Shown piece after piece: positions 48,741 to 56,923 of a stretch of 64,000 bases of DNA (position 1 is the first letter of the stretch; every line of letters begins with the position of its first letter). The notes under the pieces were generated by a model, which had not been told where the DNA came from, did not search any database, and saw nothing but the letters and a program-made list of their open reading frames with translations. The translations under genes and the position numbers were made by a program. Source of the DNA: Desulfobacterales bacterium (GTDB lineage Bacteria > Desulfobacterota > Desulfobacteria > Desulfobacterales > UBA5852). The stretch is taken from contig CAXXVS010000002.1 of assembly GCA_963674755.2 (NCBI GenBank), positions 1,856,001-1,920,000 of the forward strand, read 5' to 3'.

Positions 48741-48961
48741 AAAGCGTCCCCAAACCTCCGATCGCATTCAAGGGCAAGACGCGGCCTGATCCCAAAGCGG
48801 CGCCGATTCAAAATAATGTGCGTATATCAAAGAAGATCCAACTTGCCATAACCTAAACTATCAGATGCGGCCGGCTGCCCAGGCAGACAACGCCGCCCCG
48901 AGACGTTGGATGGAGGTTGAAACGACTTCGATCCCATCTTCGTCATACTTCAGGAGCCCCA

Positions 48962-50155
48962 ATGGAAAACACACCGAATCCGGATCCTGGTGAAAAACAA
49001 AGCAAAGAATTCAAATGGTTCGCAGCCAAACGCATCATTCTGGGGGGCATCGGCATCGTGCTCGTCCTGTGGCTGGTGAGCTTTAGCCTGAGCTTTTTCG
49101 AAACGCCCGAAACGGAACAAGACGCGCATATGTCTCCAATGGCGGACAAGCAAACCGCCCACGAGACAGCCACTCCCGAGACGGCCGGCGAGGCGGCCGG
49201 ACACAGCCCTGTCGTGGAGGGCGAAACCAGCGGCCACGACACGCTCCCCCCGGCCCATGAAGCCGCCGCGCCGGAAGACCAGGTCCATGCCAATCCCCAG
49301 ACGGCGGCCGAGGGCCCCTCCCCGGAGAGCGGCCATGCCGCCCCGGCCACCGGCGAGGGCGCTGCCCAAGGCACGGCCGGACATGCCGCCTTCAGCACAA
49401 CCGGGGTACGGGGCGTGGCTTTCGTGGATGCCATGATAGCGCCCATGCACTACGAGCTCTATGACCGTTTTTACGGCTGGCGGCCCAACGACATCATCGA
49501 ATGGACCGACAATGTCAACAACTACCAGCTGGGCGTCCTGGAAGTCACCCGGCGCACGGCGGAAGTATTGGCCGAGCGGATTTCCCGCACCGGCAGCACC
49601 CAGTCCTTCGAAAAAGAACTCGAAAAGGCACGCAGCAATTTCAACATCAATGCCGACAAGTACTGGCTGCCCTCGGCGGAAACCAGCTACAAGGAAGCCC
49701 TCAAGCTGCTGGAAAACTACAAGGGCAAGTTGATGAACGGCACCGCCCTGTTTTACAACCGCACCGACAACCTGATCCCGCTGCTGCGGGCCTATGAGAA
49801 CCTTCTGGGCAGCTGCGACGACAATCTGATTAAATCCAAGGAGGATGACGGCACGGACGTCAGCTGGTTCATGGCGGACAATTACTTCTACTACGCCAAA
49901 GGGGTGGCCAGTGCCATGCACTCGATCCTGGGTGCCGTGGCGGTGGATTTTGCCAATACCATCGAAACCCGGCGCGGCACCGAGGTCCTGCACCATGCCA
50001 TCGAGGCCTTGAGCCATGCCACCCACATCGATCCCTGGCTGGTAACCGACGCCGCCCCGGACGGCATCCTGGCCAACCACCGGGCCAACATGGCCGGCCC
50101 CATCAGCCATGCCCGGTTTTATATCGGGTTGCTGGTCGAAACCCTCTCCACCTGA
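48962..50155 (+). CDS. DUF2333-family membrane-anchored protein
   Basis: N-terminal TM, acidic His/Ala-rich linker, GWRPND...DNVNNYQLGVLE, DNYFYYAKG, ANHRANM. Confidence 0.75.
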   Translation: MENTPNPDPGEKQSKEFKWFAAKRIILGGIGIVLVLWLVSFSLSFFETPETEQDAHMSPMADKQTAHETATPETAGEAAGHSPVVEGETSGHDTLPPAHEAAAPEDQVHANPQTAAEGPSPESGHAAPATGEGAAQGTAGHAAFSTTGVRGVAFVDAMIAPMHYELYDRFYGWRPNDIIEWTDNVNNYQLGVLEVTRRTAEVLAERISRTGSTQSFEKELEKARSNFNINADKYWLPSAETSYKEALKLLENYKGKLMNGTALFYNRTDNLIPLLRAYENLLGSCDDNLIKSKEDDGTDVSWFMADNYFYYAKGVASAMHSILGAVAVDFANTIETRRGTEVLHHAIEALSHATHIDPWLVTDAAPDGILANHRANMAGPISHARFYIGLLVETLST

Positions 50156-50536
50156 CCCTGACAGGAATCACCGGGCGCTGCGGATTGATCCTGGGGAGAA
50201 AACCGTGCGCCGTATCGATAGGGCCATCTATAAAGGGCATCTTTCAGCTCCGGCCCCACGGCCGGTGGACCGGGTCCCCGAATAGGGATCCATCCACCTT
50301 TGGGGCACAAGCCGGCCTTCGCGCGCTTTGGAAATCCTCGCCGTCGGTTTCCATCCCCAGCGGCGTTAAACCAGACGGGAAGTCCCGCCAAGCGGGACCC
50401 ATCGCTGCGACCTTGGCCGAAACCCCAATTTACCATCTCTGGACGGACAATAGAGAATGCTCTGGCTGGTTTCATGATCCTGGACTGACACATGTAATCC
50501 GATTGTTTCTGCCTCCCGCCACCCGGAGCGTCCCGC

Positions 50537-52153
50537 ATGGCCAACGATCCCACCTACGACGACCTCATGCAACAGATCGCGCAGTTGGAGGCGGACCTGC
50601 ACCGCCAACGCGCCGCCTACGATGAGCAGGCCCAGGTCCAGTCCCTTTTCCTCTCCCTGATCGATTCTTTGCCCCTCAACGTTTTCAGCAAGGACATAGA
50701 GGGCCGTTTCATTCTGGCCAACCGCCAATACTGCCAGACCGTGGGCAAACCTGTGGAAGAAGTTCTCGGGCGCACGGATACCGACTTTCACCCTCCTGAA
50801 ATGGCCTGTAAATACCGGCGCGACGACAGGGCCGTGATGGCCGGCCGGCAGGTCACGTCCATCGAGGAAGAACACCGCACCACCACCGGTACGGTCATGG
50901 ACGTCAACGTCATCAAGGCGCCCCTCTATAACCGCCGGCGCGAGGTTACCGGCATGCTGGGAGTCTTCTGGGACATTTCCCAACGCAAGCAGACCGAACG
51001 CGCCCTGATCGAGAGCGAAAAGCGCTTTCGGGAGCTGGTCGATCTGCTGCCGCAATCCATCTACGAATTCGATGGCCAGGGCGGCATTTTGTTCGCCAAT
51101 CAAAGCGCCCTGAACACCTTTGGCTATACGCCCGAGGATATCGCCCGGGGGTTGACGCTTTGGGATCTGCTCGATGAAAGGGATCATGCCCGCGTCAAAG
51201 CGGATGGGAGCCAGGCCGGCACCCGGCGCATGCGCATGGGCGTCGAATACACGGCCCGGCACCGGGACGGGCACCGCTTTCCCATCGTGGCCTACAGCAG
51301 CCCCATTGAAAAGGGCGGACGCACGGTGGGTATGCGCGGCATTGCCATCGACCTCACGGAAATCCGCAGCCTGGAGGAACGCCTCAATGTGGCGCAAAAA
51401 ATGGAGGCTGTCGGCCAGCTGGCGGGGGGCGTGGCCCAAGATCTGAACAACCTGCTCAGTCCGATCCTGGGCTTCGCGGAAATGCTGTTGGACGGCCTGC
51501 CGCCGGACGATGCCGGCCGTCATGCCCTTGAATCCATCCAGGACGCCGGCCGGAAAGCCCGGGACCTGGTCCGGCAGCTCCTGGCCTTTGCCCGCCAACA
51601 GCCCCTGGATATCACCACCATCGACCTCAATCAGATGGTAGCCGGATTCGAAAGATTACTGCGGCGCTCGATCAGGGAAGACATCACCATCGAAGTGAGG
51701 TTGGCCCAAACACCGGCCCTGATCCAGGCCGATGCCGGCCAGATCGAACAGGTCATCATGAACCTGGCGGTCAATGCCCAGGATTCCATGCCCCGGGGCG
51801 GCCGGCTGACCCTGGAAACGGCGCTCGTCAACCCGGATGAGGACGACACCGCCGGACATCCCGACGTGCAACCCGGGCCGCATGTCGTGCTCTCCTTTAG
51901 CGATACCGGACACGGGATCGTCAACGCCGACCGCGAACGGATCTTCGATCCCTTCTTCACCACGAAAGCCCGCGGCAAGGGCACGGGCCTGGGGCTCTCC
52001 ACGGTCTACGGCATCGTCCGACAGCACCACGGCCATATCCGGCTTTTCAGCGAAGCAAATCAAGGGACGACCTTCAAGATCTACTTCCCTTCGGCTAGCG
52101 GGCCGGCCGCCCTGACCAGCCAGATCCGCAGGATACTGGACAAGCCCTCCTGA
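50537..52153 (+). CDS. PAS-PAS sensor histidine kinase, degenerate (H-box His replaced by Gln; no receiver domain)
   Basis: KMEAVGQLAGGVAQDLNNLL, NLAVNA, DTGHG, FDPFFTTK, GTGLGL. Confidence 0.85.
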   Translation: MANDPTYDDLMQQIAQLEADLHRQRAAYDEQAQVQSLFLSLIDSLPLNVFSKDIEGRFILANRQYCQTVGKPVEEVLGRTDTDFHPPEMACKYRRDDRAVMAGRQVTSIEEEHRTTTGTVMDVNVIKAPLYNRRREVTGMLGVFWDISQRKQTERALIESEKRFRELVDLLPQSIYEFDGQGGILFANQSALNTFGYTPEDIARGLTLWDLLDERDHARVKADGSQAGTRRMRMGVEYTARHRDGHRFPIVAYSSPIEKGGRTVGMRGIAIDLTEIRSLEERLNVAQKMEAVGQLAGGVAQDLNNLLSPILGFAEMLLDGLPPDDAGRHALESIQDAGRKARDLVRQLLAFARQQPLDITTIDLNQMVAGFERLLRRSIREDITIEVRLAQTPALIQADAGQIEQVIMNLAVNAQDSMPRGGRLTLETALVNPDEDDTAGHPDVQPGPHVVLSFSDTGHGIVNADRERIFDPFFTTKARGKGTGLGLSTVYGIVRQHHGHIRLFSEANQGTTFKIYFPSASGPAALTSQIRRILDKPS

Positions 52154-52270
52154 GGGGCAACGGGCGCTTCATCAAGAAGAACGCGCACGTCCTATCGTCT
52201 GCACTTCTTCTCTCCTTCTTTATCTTCCGCCTCTCCTGCGTAAACCCTCCCCTGGAAACAGCAACGCCCG

Positions 52271-52817
52271 GACGGCTGGCTAAAATGGTCAAGATCAAGG
52301 CGTGCAAGGGCTCAGGAGTGAGGCGTACACCAGGTACGCCGCAGCGACGAAGCCCGCCGCACAACGCCGATATGGGTCGCTAAGCCCTCTGCTTGAAATT
52401 CTCAGGATAATGACGGCTGGCTAAAATGGTCAAGATCAAGGCGTGCAAATGCTCAGGCGTGAGGTGTACACCAGGTACGCCGCAGCGACGAAGCCCGCCG
52501 CACAACGCCGATATGGGTCGCTAAGCCCTCTGCTTGAAATTCTCAGGATAATGACGGCTGGCTAAGATGGTCAAGATCAAGGCGTGCAAGGGCTCAGGAG
52601 TGAGGCGTACACCAGGTACGCCGCAGTGACGAAGCCCGCCGCACAACGCCGATATGGGTCGCTAAGCCCGCTGCTTGAAATTCTCAGGATAATGACGGCT
52701 GGCTAAAATGGTCAAGATCAAGGCGTGCAAGGGCTGAGGAGAGAGGCGTACACCAGGTACGCCGCAGTGACGAAGCCCGCCGCACAACGCCGATATTGGC
52801 CATTTTAGACAGCCGTC
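52271..52817. repeat. 141-bp tandem repeat (3 full units plus a terminal complete MITE)
   Basis: Units start at 52271, 52412, 52553, 52694; the last has TIRs GACGGCTGGCTAAAATGGTCAA / TTGGCCATTTTAGACAGCCGTC. Confidence 0.95.
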
Positions 52818-53949
52818 AGAAGGTGGCCGCGAGGCGGGCCGCGATACCGTCATGAAACCGCATCCCCTTCACCGTCAAAGCACAGCGTCCCGCAAGATCG
52901 GCCAGGCAGCCCTCCCCGGCCAGTTGCCTGAGCACCGGACCGAAGGTCTCTTCCACCGACACCCCGAAACGCTTCTCAAAGGCCTCGATGGCAAACCCTT
53001 CCTTCAACCGCAGCCCCAGCAAAAGCGCCTCCAGCATCTGCTGCTCGACAGAGAGCGTTTCCTGTCCGCCGGGCGGCCGCCGGCCCTCTGCCGCGTACTG
53101 CAGATAGCGATCGAGATCGGCCCGGTTCCAGGACCGGACACCGTCCCGATAGGAATGGGCCCCCGGCCCGAAGCCCAGATAGGGGGTAAAGTGCCAGTAT
53201 TTCAGGTTGTGACGGGAGCGCAGATCGGGCGTGCGGGCATAGTTGGAAATTTCATAGTGGTCGTAGCCGGCCTTGGTCAGCAAGGCGACCGTGGCCTCGA
53301 ACATGGCCGCCACACGGTCTTCGTCCGGCATTGGCAGGCGGCCGGCCTGCATCCCGCAGGTCATGGGCGTGCCCGGCTCGAAGGTCAGGATGTAGCAGGA
53401 AAGGTGCGCCGGTTCTATGGATAGGGCCTGGGCGAGATCGTTTTGCCAGTGGGCGATGGTCTGCCCGGGCAGCCCGTAGATCAGATCCAGCCCCAGGTTG
53501 TCGAAACCGGCCCCACGGGCCTGGGCGATGGCCGCCAGGGCCTGGTCACGATCGTGGATGCGCCCCAGGAACTGCAGCCCCTCGTCGCGGAAGGACTGGA
53601 CGCCGAGGTTGAGGCGGTTCACGCCGGCCATCCTCAGTTGCTCCAGGGTGTCGGCATCGACGGTGCCGGGATTGGCCTCCAGGGTGACTTCGGCACTTTC
53701 GTGCAGGTCGAAGCAGGTTCCTGCCAGCGCCAGGATCTCCCCCACCGCTTCCGCCGGACAGAGGGAGGGGGTTCCCCCGCCGAAATAGACCGTATCCACG
53801 GCCAGGACAGGATCGGCGCGCCGCGCCAGTTCCCGGCGCAACGCGTCCATAAAGGCCGGCAGGTCCGCCAGGTCGGTTCGGGAGTAGAAATCGCAATAGG
53901 GGCACTTGCGCCGGCAGAAGGGAATATGGAAATAGAGCCCGGCGGGCAT
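52816..53949 (-). CDS. hemW: Radical SAM heme chaperone HemW (HemN-like)
   Basis: YFHIPFCRRKCPYCDF, YFGGGTPS, DLIYGLPGQ, HYEISNYA, HNLKYW. Confidence 0.92.
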   Translation of the reverse strand: MPAGLYFHIPFCRRKCPYCDFYSRTDLADLPAFMDALRRELARRADPVLAVDTVYFGGGTPSLCPAEAVGEILALAGTCFDLHESAEVTLEANPGTVDADTLEQLRMAGVNRLNLGVQSFRDEGLQFLGRIHDRDQALAAIAQARGAGFDNLGLDLIYGLPGQTIAHWQNDLAQALSIEPAHLSCYILTFEPGTPMTCGMQAGRLPMPDEDRVAAMFEATVALLTKAGYDHYEISNYARTPDLRSRHNLKYWHFTPYLGFGPGAHSYRDGVRSWNRADLDRYLQYAAEGRRPPGGQETLSVEQQMLEALLLGLRLKEGFAIEAFEKRFGVSVEETFGPVLRQLAGEGCLADLAGRCALTVKGMRFHDGIAARLAATF

Positions 53950-54032
53950 GGCCTGCCTCCTCCCCCAACTCGGGTAATGTCTCTGCCGGCGGGCGGGGGC
54001 GGCAGACCGTGCGGCAGGGAGCGGCCGGCGGT

Positions 54033-54578
54033 CTAACGTTTGTGGATGGTCCCCATGTCGAGGCCCAGGTCCAGGGCCTTGCGGTTCATGTCGATAAAGC
54101 CGGAGGGAATGCGTTTCTTTAAGACCGCCATGATGGAAGCCGGTTTCACCAGATCGGTCAGGGCCACCACCGCGCCCAGCATGCAGATATTGAACACGAT
54201 GGGTTTGCCGATGTCATCCAGCACCGTCTTGTACATGGGCAGCTCCACCTGCCAGGCATCCACCTTGCGCTCCTGCTTGACGAAACGGCTGTCGGTAAGC
54301 AGCAGCCCCCCGGGCCGGATGATGGTCGCAAAGGCGTTGTAGGCCTCCTGGGTCAGGCACACCAGCATGTTGGGCTGGATCACCTTGGGGTAGTTGATCG
54401 CCTCATCCGAGATGATGATGTCCGAACGGGTCGAGCCCCCCCGCGCGGCGGCCCCATAGGCCTGGGACTGGGTGGCGTTGAGCCCTTCATAGATCACGGC
54501 GGCTTCCGCAAAGATGATGGCGGCCGTAATGACGCCCTGGCCGCCGGAGCCGGTGAAGACCATCCGCATGCGTTCCAT
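54033..54578 (-). CDS. 2-oxoacid:ferredoxin oxidoreductase gamma subunit
   Basis: TGSGGQGV, QSQAYGAAARGG. Confidence 0.92.
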   Translation of the reverse strand: MERMRMVFTGSGGQGVITAAIIFAEAAVIYEGLNATQSQAYGAAARGGSTRSDIIISDEAINYPKVIQPNMLVCLTQEAYNAFATIIRPGGLLLTDSRFVKQERKVDAWQVELPMYKTVLDDIGKPIVFNICMLGAVVALTDLVKPASIMAVLKKRIPSGFIDMNRKALDLGLDMGTIHKR

Positions 54579-54583
54579 GTACC

Positions 54584-55384
54584 CTACCCTTTCATCGCCT
54601 GTTCGATAATCTTGTCGTATTCGGAGCAGTATTCCGGAGCTTCCTTCTGCACGAAAATCCCGCGCTCGATCAAATCCGGATTCTCTTCTTTCTTCTTGGA
54701 GCCCACCGGCACCGTGATCTCCTTGTAGCGCTCCATCATGTCCGCCGCTGTGCCCAGCCGGTTTTTACGGCCGAAGTGGGTCGGGCACTGGGAGAGAATC
54801 TCCACCACGCTGAAGCCCTCATGCAGGATCGCCTTCTTGATCAGCTCGGTGGCCTGCTGGGCATGATAGGTCGTGCTGCGGGCCACAAACGTCGCCCCGG
54901 CCGCCGTGGCCATCTCCACCACGTCGAACTCCCGGTCGATGTTGCGGAAAGGCGCTGTGGTGGCATTGATCCCCACCCCGCTCATGGGGGAGAACTGCCC
55001 GCCGGTCATCCCGTAGATGCGGTTGTTCATCACGATGGCCGTCATGTCGATGTTGCGCCGGCAGGCATGGATAAAGTGGTTGCCGCCGATGGCCAGCGCG
55101 TCGCCGTCCCCCATGGGCACGATCACGTTGAGCTCCGGCTTGGAGAGCTTGACCCCCGTGGCAAAGGCCAGGGCCCGGCCGTGAAGGGTGTGCAGGGTGT
55201 GAAAATCCACATAGCCGGAGATCCGCGAGGAGCAGCCGATGCCCGAGGCCATCACGATCTCGTTTTTGGACAGGCCCAGCTCTTCCACGGCCCGCAGCAG
55301 GCTGTTCAACACCGTGCCGTGGCCGCAGCCCGGGCACCACATATGCGGAAAAAACCGCTGCCGGAGAAAATGATGCACCGCCAT
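54584..55384 (-). CDS. korB: 2-oxoacid (2-oxoglutarate):ferredoxin oxidoreductase beta subunit
   Basis: WCPGCGHG, SGIGCS, LHGRA, GDGD...GGNH, YGMTGGQ. Confidence 0.93.
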   Translation of the reverse strand: MAVHHFLRQRFFPHMWCPGCGHGTVLNSLLRAVEELGLSKNEIVMASGIGCSSRISGYVDFHTLHTLHGRALAFATGVKLSKPELNVIVPMGDGDALAIGGNHFIHACRRNIDMTAIVMNNRIYGMTGGQFSPMSGVGINATTAPFRNIDREFDVVEMATAAGATFVARSTTYHAQQATELIKKAILHEGFSVVEILSQCPTHFGRKNRLGTAADMMERYKEITVPVGSKKKEENPDLIERGIFVQKEAPEYCSEYDKIIEQAMKG

Positions 55385-55385
55385 A

Positions 55386-56534
55386 TCAGACTCCCTTCCC
55401 CTGGATGAGCCGCAGCAGTCTGCGGATGTCCTCCGGTGTGATGAAAACGCCGTCGATGCGGTTGGCCAGGAAGACCCGCTCGGGGTTATCCACCGCCCGT
55501 TTGACTTCCTGCATGACCTGGCCCATGTTGAGCTCCACCACCACCACGGATTGGGCCCGGGCGCATTTCTCCCGCACGATGGCGGCGGGAAACGGCCACA
55601 GGGTCTGCAGCTCCAAAAGCCCCAGGCGCTCGCCCCGGCGGCGGCGGTTCTGGACCACGTGCAGGGCCGAGCGGGCCGCCGAACCATAGGACACCAGCAC
55701 GATCTCGGCATCCTCCAGGTGGTATTCCTTGTAGCGGGCCAGCAGGTTGGCGCGATTCTCGATCTTGTCCACCAGGTGACGGATCAGATCGTGCACCACC
55801 ACCGGATCCGAGGAGGGAAAGCCCCACATGTCGTGGTAGAGCCCGGTCACATTGTAACGGTGCACGCTGCCGAAATCACTCATGGGGAGGCGTCCGTCCT
55901 CCCGGGGCAGATAGGGGTGGTAGTTGACCCCGCCCTGGACCGAGGTCCGCAACCGCTCTACCAGGGGAATCTCGCCGGCCTCAGGTATCTCCAGTCTTTC
56001 GCGCATGTGCCCCACCAGTTCGTCGAAGAGCAGGATCACCGGCGTGCGGTAGGTCTCGGCCATGTTGAAGGCCTCGATGGTCATGGCAAAGACATCCTGG
56101 TGGTTGGAGGCCGTCAGCGCAATGATGGCGTGGTCCCCGTGCGTGCCCCAGCGGGCCTGCATGATATCCCCCTGGCTGCCGTGGGTGGGGATGCCCGTCG
56201 ACGGCCCGCCGCGCTGCACATCCACGATGACGCAGGGAATCTCGGCCATGATGGCGTAGCCCAGGGCCTCCTGCATCAGGGAAAACCCCGGTCCGCTAGT
56301 GGCCGTCATCACCTTGTGGCCGGTCAGAGACGCCCCGATGATAGCGCAGATCGAGGACAGCTCGTCTTCCATCTGGATGAACTTGCCCCCGGCCATGGGC
56401 AGGCGCCGGGACAGCAGTTCCGCAATTTCCGTGGACGGTGTGATGGGATAGCCGGCGAAAAACTGAACGCCGGCATACAGCGCCGCCTCCACACAGGCCT
56501 CGTTGCCTTGAACGAATTTGACCTCAGTGCTCAT
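55386..56534 (-). CDS. korA: 2-oxoacid (2-oxoglutarate):ferredoxin oxidoreductase alpha subunit
   Basis: GNEA, AGYPITPSTE, QMEDE, TATSGPG, QRGGPSTG. Confidence 0.93.
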   Translation of the reverse strand: MSTEVKFVQGNEACVEAALYAGVQFFAGYPITPSTEIAELLSRRLPMAGGKFIQMEDELSSICAIIGASLTGHKVMTATSGPGFSLMQEALGYAIMAEIPCVIVDVQRGGPSTGIPTHGSQGDIMQARWGTHGDHAIIALTASNHQDVFAMTIEAFNMAETYRTPVILLFDELVGHMRERLEIPEAGEIPLVERLRTSVQGGVNYHPYLPREDGRLPMSDFGSVHRYNVTGLYHDMWGFPSSDPVVVHDLIRHLVDKIENRANLLARYKEYHLEDAEIVLVSYGSAARSALHVVQNRRRRGERLGLLELQTLWPFPAAIVREKCARAQSVVVVELNMGQVMQEVKRAVDNPERVFLANRIDGVFITPEDIRRLLRLIQGKGV

Positions 56535-56746
56535 GATTCGCCTTTTTCGGTTTCGATTTCAATGGCCAGATCCGGACAGCGGATCTCGCACAGTTTACAG
56601 GCGATACAGTCCTCCGGACGGGCCGCAATCACTTTGTCCGACGCGTCCAGCTCCAGGACATTCTTAGGGCAGAAATGCACACAGATGCCGCACCCCTTGC
56701 ACCACTCCCGGTCGATGTGATGTTGCTTCAACTTTCTCTTTGCCAT
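56531..56746 (-). CDS. korD: 2[4Fe-4S] ferredoxin delta subunit
   Basis: CKGCGICVHFCP and CIACKLCEIRCP. Confidence 0.92.
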   Translation of the reverse strand: MAKRKLKQHHIDREWCKGCGICVHFCPKNVLELDASDKVIAARPEDCIACKLCEIRCPDLAIEIETEKGES

Positions 56747-56923
56747 CCGGCGTTCTCCTCGACCACCGCCCGTTCGGCGCCTGTCAATGGTTCGATGTGT
56801 CAACGGGCTGCCGCCCCAGCCGGCAGTCCAAAGGGCCCCTCTTATGGAGTTCCCTCTTGCTTGTCAAGGAAAACCGACCGATTTTTCCTGCAAAAGACCG
56901 GTTTGCCTCGCTAGGCTCCGCAC

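Noticed and set aside
50160..50530. Structured RNA upstream of the kinase
   Set aside because: GC-rich hairpins are present but match no riboswitch consensus I recognise
52271..52817. Possible CRISPR array
   Set aside because: Units are 141 bp and near-identical throughout, with no unique spacers and no cas genes
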